Sequence record: HM246721.1
Direction: 5' to 3' (one strand)
Length of the DNA: 24,000 nt
DNA from: Campylobacter phage vB_CcoM-IBB_35
The notes below the pieces were generated by a model, which saw nothing but the letters and a program-made list of their open reading frames with translations, searched no databases and was not told the origin of the DNA. The position numbers and the translations under genes are program-made. How positions within the stretch are numbered: position 1 is the stretch's first letter; each line of letters opens with the position of its first letter. This document shows, in pieces, positions 8,838-17,124 of this stretch.

Positions 8838-9917
8838 TCACAATAAAGATTTTAAATACAATAAAGCGTTAAATCCTTTCTTAAAAACAAGTTCTATTTT
8901 AATATTATTTTGAAGCATTTCATTAAAATCTTTTTGTTTTAAATCATTTGGGTAACATATAAAATGACTATTTTGAATTGAATTATATTTTATCATTTTT
9001 TCAATTCCAACTTTGTCGTTATCTAAACAAAAGAAAGGATACTTTATCAAATCTAAAACATTCTTTGCTATTGTAGAAGTATTTAAAGCTATTATTTGAT
9101 TAGTTCTGTATATTTGTCTAAAAGACAAAGCATCGAGAATAGCTTCAAATATAAAAACTGGTTTATTTAAATCAACATTAAATAGATTCCAAACTCCATA
9201 ATTTTGATTCAATGTAAAATTAATAAATCTTTTTTCAGTCAAAGATCTTGCGTAGAACCCATAATAACTAGAATCTTTAGAAAACGGAATCACCAGATAA
9301 TCTTTAATTCCATAATAAACACCATTTAAATTAAAAGACTTAGTACCATTATAAAAATCTAAAAAACTAATAGTATCATCATTAAAACCTCGAGATTTTA
9401 AGAACTCAATTTGTTTACTTGTATTAGTATCTAATACTGAAGTTAAGTTAATGAATTTGAATTCATTGTTGGAGCTTTCAATGCTAGCAGGGCTAGCAAT
9501 GCTTTCAATACTTGTATTGCTAGATTCATTAGAATCGCTAGGATTGCTGGTATTGCTAGCACCAGAATCAAAGCAAGACTTCATAGTCTCTACTTCATTT
9601 TTAGTTTCTATATTATTATTAGAATCAATTGAATTAATTTTAAATTTAAAATTCTCTGATTTATATGATAATAATAATTCGGGTTTATAAATCTTTAAGA
9701 AATTACTTAAACCCATTTGTGTATTTAACTCACAATCACCATTAAAACAATGAACTAAAGTAACTCCTTGTTTTTCATATAGGTGTAGTCTTTTAACAGA
9801 TTTTTTGTATTTTGAGTCCCCACAAATTGGACATTTAACAGCAATATCCAAAGGACTTTCTTTATAAGGCCCAGGAACCGCTAACTTAAAATACTTAATA
9901 TCTACAAAGTCTAACAC
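8838..9917 (-). CDS. 61: DNA primase, gp61-like
   Basis: Zinc-finger-like CPICGDSKYKKSVKRLHLYEKQGVTLVHCFNGDC; TOPRIM-like VFIFEAILDALS and FFCLDNDKVG. Confidence 0.8.
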   Translation of the reverse strand: MLDFVDIKYFKLAVPGPYKESPLDIAVKCPICGDSKYKKSVKRLHLYEKQGVTLVHCFNGDCELNTQMGLSNFLKIYKPELLLSYKSENFKFKINSIDSNNNIETKNEVETMKSCFDSGASNTSNPSDSNESSNTSIESIASPASIESSNNEFKFINLTSVLDTNTSKQIEFLKSRGFNDDTISFLDFYNGTKSFNLNGVYYGIKDYLVIPFSKDSSYYGFYARSLTEKRFINFTLNQNYGVWNLFNVDLNKPVFIFEAILDALSFRQIYRTNQIIALNTSTIAKNVLDLIKYPFFCLDNDKVGIEKMIKYNSIQNSHFICYPNDLKQKDFNEMLQNNIKIELVFKKGFNALLYLKSLL

Positions 9918-9929
9918 CTATCTCTCCTA

Positions 9930-10172
9930 TTAATAAACGTTTTCTAATCTTAATTCAAACTCTTGTATTAATCCATCACTACCCATTGCAGATAATTTTA
10001 AAATATCAGTTTTACCAGCTGGTATTAATTCACATTCATTAATAGATTTAATTTCATTTTCATTTAATAATGCTAGAACTTTATTATAGTTCTTATTAAA
10101 TGTATGTTGATTAATATTTTGAGATTGAACTACATATTCCTTTTGTCTATGATAAAATTTTATTGTATTCAT
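9930..10172 (-). CDS. Hypothetical protein (80 aa)
   Basis: ORF in compact replication gene cluster. Confidence 0.6.
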   Translation of the reverse strand: MNTIKFYHRQKEYVVQSQNINQHTFNKNYNKVLALLNENEIKSINECELIPAGKTDILKLSAMGSDGLIQEFELRLENVY

Positions 10173-10213
10173 ACTTAAATCCTTATTAAGAATTATTAAA
10201 ATGTGTAAATCTT

Positions 10214-10672
10214 TTAAGATTTACCACTTGACCCAAATCCTTTGGAACCTCTTTGTTGTTTAGCTTCAAAATCTTTAAATTCAGTATCATTAAGTTCAAT
10301 AAACTTAAAACTATATTTTCTATGAATTAAAACTTGTGCGTAACGAGATCCTTTTTCAATAACTATAGGTTCTTTACCAATATTATTAATTTTAACTCCA
10401 AAATCACCAGTATAACCAGCATCGATGATACCAATATGTGGAATTAGGTCTTTTTTGAAACCTAAAGAACTTCTTAAATGTACTGTCATATAAAAAGGAT
10501 CTTTTTCATCGATTGAAATTCTTAATCCGTTTGGAACCACTCTAGATTCTCCTGGTTTAATTTCAGTTGTTTCAGTACAAGTAATATCAAATGCTGCTGA
10601 AGTCCCATTATAAGCAATTTCCGGTATTACTGCAGCCTCGTTTGTTTTGTGTATGTAAAGATTTAAATCCAT
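10214..10672 (-). CDS. dut: dUTPase
   Basis: Trimeric dUTPase motifs: SAAFDI, RSSLG, GIIDAGYTGDFGV, GSRYAQVLI, C-terminal QQRGSKGFGSSG. Confidence 0.92.
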   Translation of the reverse strand: MDLNLYIHKTNEAAVIPEIAYNGTSAAFDITCTETTEIKPGESRVVPNGLRISIDEKDPFYMTVHLRSSLGFKKDLIPHIGIIDAGYTGDFGVKINNIGKEPIVIEKGSRYAQVLIHRKYSFKFIELNDTEFKDFEAKQQRGSKGFGSSGKS

Positions 10673-10681
10673 TGTTTCTCC

Positions 10682-11206
10682 TTAATTTTTTAATGTTTCA
10701 ACTATTTTTAATATCCTAGAATCTGGATCTAATTTAGAATCTAAGTGAACTACGTTTTCTAAATCTACTTTCTTAAAAATATTGTTTATTTTAGATCTAA
10801 ATTCAGGATCTATTGATCTAATACCATTTGATTCTAATGGTATATTTTCAGAATCTAAAACAAAAATAAAATCAAACTGTTTATAATATTTTATTAAAGA
10901 ATCTGTGAATAATTTTAAATCAATGTCTTTGTTAATACCTGTATATACTATAACGTCCAAAATACACCTATCGTGTACAGTAGGTGTACTTATATTTTTT
11001 AAAGCATTAACACTATAATACAACATTTGCAACTGCGTTACTAAGTTTGTATTTTCTGAGTGTTTCTTGTTTGTTTTAGCTATTTTATTAGAAAATGATT
11101 CTATGAAATCAAAATTCTTAAAATAACTATGTTTCTTCATTAAATTAATTAATGTAGTTTTACCAGAACATTGAGCTCCTGAAATTGCTATTCTAACTGG
11201 TCTCAT
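10682..11206 (-). CDS. P-loop kinase/ATPase (NadR/dNMP-kinase-like)
   Basis: IAISGAQCSGKTTLI Walker A; VHDRCILD motif. Confidence 0.7.
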   Translation of the reverse strand: MRPVRIAISGAQCSGKTTLINLMKKHSYFKNFDFIESFSNKIAKTNKKHSENTNLVTQLQMLYYSVNALKNISTPTVHDRCILDVIVYTGINKDIDLKLFTDSLIKYYKQFDFIFVLDSENIPLESNGIRSIDPEFRSKINNIFKKVDLENVVHLDSKLDPDSRILKIVETLKN

Positions 11207-12717
11207 TACAATCCTTTTTGTAGATCTTCAAGATTATATTTAATATTATTAATTTCAATTGTATCATTTTCATTCATAATATATGTTTTACCATCAATTT
11301 TAATCTCGTAAAACTTGCCGTCTTTTAAATCCTCAAATTCTGCGTTCTCAGAAAGTATTTGATATAATTCAGATAATTCACGATTGGCTGCAAATTTTTG
11401 ATTGGTAACATCCCAAGAATTTAATGGTTTACCTTTAAGAACATAGAAGCTCGTATGTTCATTTCCAAGAACTTGTGATATACCACCGTAAGCAGAAAAT
11501 CCTTCACAAATACAAAGATATTTTTGGCTTTTTGTTGCTCTAAAATATTTTTCCGATTTTAACTTCTTAGATTTTTCTACACTCTTAAGAGCTTTATCTG
11601 CATTTAAAGCTTCTTTAACTTTATAAATGTCTATAATAGGATCTATAATAGATTTATTTTTAAGAATTTTATTGATGAAACTATAATCTATATTGGAGAA
11701 TTCATTAAATTCTTTTACTGAGTTTGTAATTTTTTCTTTAGATTGTGAATTAAATTTAAGATTTGGCATTCCATTAATGAAACAAACTATCATTAATTTA
11801 TTTTTAATATCGCCAGGTTTAATACTTTTATATTTTTTAACTAATTTGTCTCTTATACCCTGAACTACGTTATTCATAATAGTATCTATGTGAACACCAC
11901 CGTCTGGTATTTTTAAACCATTAACAAAACTAAATTGTTTAAAGTCATCCAATTCATTTGGGATGATACCAATTTTAATATTTTGATTTTCATATAGTTC
12001 AAAATTTGAACTAAACATATTTAAATAATTCTTAAAAGATTTAAAATCTATTTTCTTAGAATTAAATTTAAAATTAATTTCTGGGTAACAAATAGCTAAG
12101 TTTAATAATCTTTGATAGATTATATTCTTATGAGTTTCATCAATTTCTTTAAGATTAAATCTTTCTAAATCTGGTTTAAATTCTACCAAAGTTCCTGATT
12201 TTTTAGAAGCTTCTATATTTGCACTATAAGTCTCAGCATTGTTTTTAGATTTAAAAATATATCTATTTTTACCGTCGTCTGTAATACCTTTAAAATTAGT
12301 ACTCCAAACATTCGTACAATAACTTCCAACTCCGTTGGTACCTATTGTTATACGATTAGCATCGTCGTCGAAGTTAGAACCTGCTTTAGCGTGATTCCAA
12401 GCTAATTCTGGCATATAGTGATCACCTGATTTTATTACTGGTATACCAGTTCCATCATCTTCAATGCTAACAGTATCATTAGATATTTTAACACTTATAT
12501 TTAAGCCAGATTTAAACTTAGATCTAATCGCAGCATCTACTGAATTATCAATAATCTCATTGATTATTTTAATTAAGCCAGGTACGTAATTTAAAGTAGT
12601 ATATTTAATTTTACCAGATTCTATAATAAAATCTTCGGTATTTGTAGAATCGATAGCACCTATATACATACTAGGTCTTTTTAGAATGTGTTCTCTATCA
12701 GTTAATTTTTTGATCAT
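11206..12717 (-). CDS. 39: Type II DNA topoisomerase large subunit (GyrB/gp39-like)
   Basis: REHILKRPSMYIGAI, EIIDNSVD, EDDGTGIPV, ITIGTNGVGSYCTNVWS, and TOPRIM start LCICEGFSAYGG. No TDAD/DxD motif follows. Confidence 0.88.
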   Translation of the reverse strand: MIKKLTDREHILKRPSMYIGAIDSTNTEDFIIESGKIKYTTLNYVPGLIKIINEIIDNSVDAAIRSKFKSGLNISVKISNDTVSIEDDGTGIPVIKSGDHYMPELAWNHAKAGSNFDDDANRITIGTNGVGSYCTNVWSTNFKGITDDGKNRYIFKSKNNAETYSANIEASKKSGTLVEFKPDLERFNLKEIDETHKNIIYQRLLNLAICYPEINFKFNSKKIDFKSFKNYLNMFSSNFELYENQNIKIGIIPNELDDFKQFSFVNGLKIPDGGVHIDTIMNNVVQGIRDKLVKKYKSIKPGDIKNKLMIVCFINGMPNLKFNSQSKEKITNSVKEFNEFSNIDYSFINKILKNKSIIDPIIDIYKVKEALNADKALKSVEKSKKLKSEKYFRATKSQKYLCICEGFSAYGGISQVLGNEHTSFYVLKGKPLNSWDVTNQKFAANRELSELYQILSENAEFEDLKDGKFYEIKIDGKTYIMNENDTIEINNIKYNLEDLQKGL

Positions 12718-12734
12718 TGAATCTCCTTTATGTA

Positions 12735-12757
12735 ATTATATTGCAAAATATCTTAAA
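12735..12757 (-). promoter_or_regulatory. Phage promoter-like element TTTAAG-N11-TATAAT
   Basis: Minus-strand TTTAAGATATTTTGCAATATAAT upstream of topoisomerase gene. Confidence 0.65.
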
Positions 12758-12796
12758 AGTACCTTAACATTTTAGTATCCGAATTAACACAAAGCT

Positions 12797-12985
12797 TCAA
12801 TACAAATATTTTAATTTGTTTAAACTATCAGAATATCCACCACAATATAATCTACGTTTAGTATTTAAACCTTCTATATAATACCCAGTACTTAAATCCC
12901 ATTTTAAATACCAAGTATCTTTTTCATTTTTATGGATTTTAAGTCCTTTGATTTGCGCTATTAAATTATAAAAAAATTCTTTCAT
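12797..12985 (-). CDS. Small hypothetical protein (62 aa)
   Basis: ORF with SD and dedicated promoter-like motif. Confidence 0.55.
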   Translation of the reverse strand: MKEFFYNLIAQIKGLKIHKNEKDTWYLKWDLSTGYYIEGLNTKRRLYCGGYSDSLNKLKYLY

Positions 12986-13003
12986 TTTGAACTCCTTTGT
13001 AGT

Positions 13004-13026
13004 ATTATATTATAAAATATCTTAAA
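13004..13026 (-). promoter_or_regulatory. Phage promoter-like element TTTAAG-N11-TATAAT
   Basis: Minus-strand TTTAAGATATTTTATAATATAAT upstream of the 12985 start. Confidence 0.65.
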
Positions 13027-13098
13027 ACATTCTTAATTAAAAATTAAGATTTATGAGCTGTTAATCATAAAATCATAAATAATGTTAAAAGAGGGTCT

Positions 13099-13542
13099 AT
13101 GAAGAATCTAAAATACTTCGTTATAGCTTTGTCAGCTTTGTTTGTAATAGGGTGTGGGTCTGATTATTCCAGCGATAAAACAGGCAAAGAAGTTCGTGGA
13201 ACTTCAGAATCCAGAATTAACCAAGTTTGTGTAGATGGTGTTTTATACTTATAGACAGGAAATTATGTAACACCACAACAAGATCTTAATGGTAGTTTAA
13301 TTGGTTGTTCTAAAAAACCAGAAGTTATTGTTGATCAGCTCAAAGAAAAACAAAAAAATAAAGATTTAGTTAAACTTGCTGAAAATATTAAGAATGATAT
13401 TAAGAATGATATTAAGAATGATATTAAGGATGATGTAAAATCTGAAGTTAAGTCAGAAGTCAAGAATGACTTAAAATCTGAAATAACTGTTGAAATCAAT
13501 GAAAGTATTAAGAGTAGATTAGATAAAAACCATACAAAGTAA
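13099..13542 (+). pseudogene. Plus-strand lipoprotein gene with in-frame amber codon (TAG at 13252-13254)
   Basis: Reads MKNLKYFVIALSALFVIGCGSDYSSDKTGKEVRGTSESRINQVCVDGVLYL*TGNYVTPQQDLNGSLIGCSKKPEVIVDQLKEKQKNKDLVKLAENIKNDIKNDIKNDIKDDVKSEVKSEVKNDLKSEITVEINESIKSRLDKNHTK. Signal peptide and lipobox (FVIGC); SD-like agagg upstream; the frame is unchanged across the TAG to a TAA at 13540-13542. Confidence 0.7.
13386..13431 (+). repeat. 12-bp in-frame tandem repeats encoding IKND/IKDD units
   Basis: attaagaatgat repeated, encoding NIKNDIKNDIKNDIKDD. Confidence 0.8.
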
Positions 13543-13550
13543 CTCACACT

Positions 13551-13586
13551 AAGCACTTAAAGACTAAGATTGTTTTTTAAGTGCTT
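13551..13586. terminator. Bidirectional terminator between convergent genes
   Basis: Perfect 11-bp inverted repeat AAGCACTTAAA ... TTTAAGTGCTT (13551-13561 / 13576-13586) between the plus-strand lipoprotein gene and the minus-strand gene ending at 13564. Confidence 0.6.
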
Positions 13587-14304
13587 TATTTTGTTCTTCT
13601 ACTTCATCATTTATTAAACTTATAAAGATTTCTCTTTCAAATGGATATAAATCATTTAAAATACCATCTATGGTAAACTTACCTAGAAATGATAATCTTG
13701 TTAAGCTTTTATAGAATTCTCCTATAGGATTCTCTGAAAATATATTTTTATATATTTCTGGGTTTGTCAAATCAATTTCAAGATCTTTCTTACAATTATA
13801 ACATTTAACAACTTTAATAAAGTTAAATTTAGTAGTATTAGCTTCTAAATATGTATCTAAATCTGAATCACAATCCATAATATTAGATTCTAAGTAAGAA
13901 TCGCCGTATATGTCGGCTAAATTTGGGCTATAAACGTCTTTCAAATCTGGATATGTATTTGCATCAATACTATGTAGTTCTCCAATTTTTCCCAAATCTA
14001 TGTTAGATTTAAAAGTACAACCACAATCGCACCTAGTATTTAAAGATAATTGGTCAGAAACTGAAGTTGCTCTTAATCTATAAAGTAAAAATAATTTTTC
14101 TTCTGGATATAAATCATAAATGTTTATATTAGAATCTATATAAGGTTCTAAGATTCTTAAGTAAATATCCAAATTTAAATCATTTAGATCTTTACTGTAT
14201 GTAGTATCGTCGGAACTTGCAGTTAATAGTAAGTCACGTTCGGTTTTAACTTTGTAAGCGGTTAAAGTAAATTTTCTATCATTGTATTTAATATATTCTT
14301 TCAT
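13564..14304 (-). CDS. Second zinc-ribbon baseplate hub-like protein (T4 gp26-family-like)
   Basis: Cys pairs (NTRCDCGCTF ... KCYNCKKDLEIDL) followed by a helical C-terminus, same architecture as 4727-5404. Confidence 0.5.
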   Translation of the reverse strand: MKEYIKYNDRKFTLTAYKVKTERDLLLTASSDDTTYSKDLNDLNLDIYLRILEPYIDSNINIYDLYPEEKLFLLYRLRATSVSDQLSLNTRCDCGCTFKSNIDLGKIGELHSIDANTYPDLKDVYSPNLADIYGDSYLESNIMDCDSDLDTYLEANTTKFNFIKVVKCYNCKKDLEIDLTNPEIYKNIFSENPIGEFYKSLTRLSFLGKFTIDGILNDLYPFEREIFISLINDEVEEQNKALKKQS

Positions 14305-14319
14305 TTAGAATCCAAAATT

Positions 14320-15426
14320 TTAATAATATTCCAAATTACTGAGATTCAAGTTACTAGAATCGTTAGAATCTGGTTCTACATCTAAACCATCTGCAAAAGC
14401 CCCAAATGTTAAATACTCAAAACTTTTTCCTTCGGAACTTTTTAAAGAATCTACAATTTCTTTCATATCCTCAAAGTTCTTAACATTTGTAAAAATACCA
14501 AAACATAAACAACAAGACATTACTAAATCATCGTGATATCCTACAGCTGCTTGGTACTTGCCATTATCACTTAAAGTAAATACCTCAAATTCTTTAATAG
14601 TTTCTTTATCTACTAATAATAATTTATTAGCTTGTGCTAGTGTTGCTACAGTTTGTAAAATGACATCCCTTGATAATTTTGTAGTTCTAAATCCTGGGTA
14701 TTTTAATCTTTGTTTTTGTTTATTGACATCATAATATAGGTTTTCGTATTCGTAGTCCCTTTTAAGGATATCTGCAACAACTTGCCCAGAGCCTTCGTTA
14801 TTTTCTACAATTATTAAAGCTTGATTGAACCTTAAGCCATACTCATTGAGTAACTCTGGTAATAACATATAATCTATTTTAAGTTTTGCTGATAACACTT
14901 GTCTGAAATTTAAATCTGTAGTATCAAATATTTGGACCCCTGTAAAATCGGCACCTTCTTTAGCAGTATCAACACCCATAATGTATTTGTGCCCTGGTAT
15001 TGGTTCTTCATATATTAGTATTTTAGAATCTTTAATATTATCAACTTCTATTGGTTCTTGTGGTTTATATGTATCCAAAATTTCACTAGGTATCAATGTC
15101 GTCGCAGAACCTTCAAATTTGCATTCGTATGCAGAATTCCAAACAACTAAACCACCGGTTTTAATTTGTTGTTGCTTGAATTCTTCAGGATCATACTTAG
15201 TACCATCAGATTTAAACCTTGGTACTAATCTCCAATCTACCCTATGTCTTACAAATCCATTAATAGAAGTTTCCAAAGTGTCACCAGCACCTTGCCAAAT
15301 ATCGTAAAAATGATTTTTACCTTTAGGTGTAGATAAAATGACTAATTTTTTGAAAGCTAGGCCCGCTTGTGATGGTAAAACACCATCGGTGAAATCTATC
15401 CATCCGGCAGGATCTAAATACGCACA
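14320..15426 (-). CDS. 17: Large terminase C-terminal extein (nuclease domain)
   Basis: After intein end SN|: CAYLDPAGWIDFTDGVLPSQAGLAFKKLVILSTPKGKNHFYDIWQGAG..., then YIMGVDTAKEGADFTGVQIFD and YHDDLVMSCCL (RNase H-like nuclease). The ORF-track start at 15276 is an internal TTG. Confidence 0.85.
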   Translation of the reverse strand, partial: CAYLDPAGWIDFTDGVLPSQAGLAFKKLVILSTPKGKNHFYDIWQGAGDTLETSINGFVRHRVDWRLVPRFKSDGTKYDPEEFKQQQIKTGGLVVWNSAYECKFEGSATTLIPSEILDTYKPQEPIEVDNIKDSKILIYEEPIPGHKYIMGVDTAKEGADFTGVQIFDTTDLNFRQVLSAKLKIDYMLLPELLNEYGLRFNQALIIVENNEGSGQVVADILKRDYEYENLYYDVNKQKQRLKYPGFRTTKLSRDVILQTVATLAQANKLLLVDKETIKEFEVFTLSDNGKYQAAVGYHDDLVMSCCLCFGIFTNVKNFEDMKEIVDSLKSSEGKSFEYLTFGAFADGLDVEPDSNDSSNLNLSNLEYY

Positions 15427-15733
15427 ATTTGAAACTTCTATATTATTAGCAGTAAAATGATGACCACCCTCAACGTCTAATAAATCAAAGAATTCATTGC
15501 TACAAGCAACATTTTCTTTAATTGATTTAACTTTTTTACCTATTTATGATATCGTTAATTTTTATATCCTTTGCTCTCATGAAAGTTCCATTATCATAAA
15601 ATTTATGTTCAGGTGTTACTATAATATTAGAATTTTCAAAAAATATTTGTAAGTTATCATATCTAGTAGTTTTTTTAATGCCTTTGAATGATTTGTAACC
15701 ATTTGATGTTAGAACTTTAAATTTAGAGAGCAT
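15427..15733 (-). CDS. C-terminal fragment of split intein 3 (~102 aa), fused to terminase C-extein; interrupted by an apparent +1 frameshift near 15538
   Basis: MLSKFKVLTSNGYKSFKGIKK...NSNIIVTPEHKF (block B) in frame 1, then KKVKSIKENVACSNEFFDLLDVEGGHHFTANNIEVSN|C (blocks F/G) in frame +1. SD AAAGGA upstream; ATG overlaps the upstream TGA. Confidence 0.8.
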
Positions 15734-15735
15734 CA

Positions 15736-16788
15736 AATATATTCCTTTATTTTTTTATTCGTTGTACCTAAATACCTATCTCTGTTAGCATCAAAAATCT
15801 TTTTAGGTATGCGCTTAAATATATTCTGTTCCACATCAAAGCAAGTAACCGTTCCGGCGATTTTTTCACATTTTTTTCGCATCCCTAGATGTTTTCTGAT
15901 CAATATACTTAATAACTTTATATTTTTTATCATTTGTTTACAATCAGTAATGTAAATATCATTATTTTCTATATATTTAGCTTGTATTGTGATATGTATA
16001 CTATTTCTACAGACTACAATAAACTTGTTAAGACCCATATGATCAGCAGTTCTTACACCTTTAGATATTCTTTCAACTTGTTTAGTAATTACATTAACCA
16101 TCACACACATATTACTATTATGGGTTTTATATATTTTAGGATCGTAATCTACCTTATCTAACCACATTTTTTCGCCGGTTGTTATATTTTCACAATATAT
16201 TTTGTTCAAACCTGGGGTTTCATATATTTTTTTATTATTGTGGTATTCTTCTTTACTAACTTTTAACCACTTGCCATTTTTCTTAACACTTACAATTTGG
16301 CTGTTTATATATGATATTTTTTTAATAGATTCTTTTTTTAATTTTTCATACGTATTAGCGTCTATAACTTTATTTAGATTTCGAACTTTCGTTTTTGAAT
16401 TCTTGTTAGCCATCATATACCAAGCGAGTAAAATTTTGTTAATGTCAGGATAACATTCTGCTAACATTGAATGCGCTATAAAATGGTCTCTAAAGGTTAA
16501 ATTAACTAAATTCCACTTGCTTTTAGAGTATTGAGGGAAACACTCCGTATTTTTAGGTAATATATGGTGAGATTCTGTAGACCCCTTTATTTTATTGGTT
16601 TGTTTGAATAAGCAAAAATCTACATATTTTTCGAGTAAATCGTAGTTTGTTGGTTTTGCAAAATTTGTAAATTTATTTATAATATTAGATCTTAAATCGA
16701 CTAGGTTATAAAAATCACCAATCTTAATATCAAAAGATTCATTTAACGTTTCGCTGTACACATTTATAATAGTATCGTATTCTAAACA
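15736..16788 (-). CDS. N-terminal fragment of split intein 3 fused to an HNH homing endonuclease
   Basis: Starts CLEYDTIINVYSETLNESFDIKIGDFYNLVDL directly after extein VVDE; HNH motif ESHHILPKNTECFPQYSKSKWNLVNLTFRDHFIAHSMLAECYP; stop TGA at 15733-15735. Confidence 0.82.
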
Positions 16789-16812
16789 TTCATCTACAAC
16801 GATTATGTTGCA
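16789..16812 (-). CDS. 17: 8-residue terminase extein (CNIIVVDE, Walker B) flanked on both sides by intein fragments
   Basis: INHN|CNIIVVDE|CLEYDT; aligns with the T4 gp17 Walker B region (RGNSFAMIYIEDCAF) as RGYACCNIIVVDECAY. Confidence 0.85.
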
Positions 16813-17124
16813 ATTATGGTTTATAAAATCATTTGCTATATACTCGTGGTCTCGAACTTCTAAAGGTTCATAAAATTCACCCTCGATATTTTCAATTTTA
16901 ATAATTTTTGAACCTTGTAATTCATCATTTACTTTAAAATATTTAGCTTCTTTATAAGAATCTAAATGTTTAAATTTATGATCTAATGTGACTGATATCT
17001 CTCTTGAATCCTCTAAAGTTATTGTTATACCAGTTGTTTGAATTGATTTAATAATACTTACAAAAGGTTTAAATCCTTGAGGTGTTAATATTTCATATGG
17101 ATTTATATCTTGGGCTTCACTCAC
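16813..17124 (-). CDS. C-terminal fragment of split intein 2 (104 aa)
   Basis: GTG start with AAGGA SD; MSEAQDINPYEILTPQGFKPFVSI...REISVTLDHKF (block B)...FYEPLEVRDHEYIANDFINHN|C (blocks F/G). Confidence 0.88.

Noticed and set aside
9451-9690. Plus-strand Leu-rich ORF inside primase
   Set aside because: Antisense to the repetitive Ser/Asn linker; composition artefact.
13335-13556. Minus-strand ORF MLSVSYFVWFLSNLLLILSLIS... as a membrane protein
   Set aside because: It is the complement of the plus-strand lipoprotein's IKND repeats; the hydrophobicity is an antisense artefact.
14320-15276. Terminase C-terminal ORF starting at METSINGF as an independent gene
   Set aside because: The TTG start is internal. 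The same frame continues upstream through extein and intein C-terminal motifs to 15543.
14981-15307. Plus-strand ORF opposite terminase
   Set aside because: Fully antisense to the clearly coding terminase nuclease region; no recognisable motif.
15536-15736. Standalone 66-aa gene
   Set aside because: It is the first two-thirds of the split intein 3 C fragment, truncated by the apparent frameshift.
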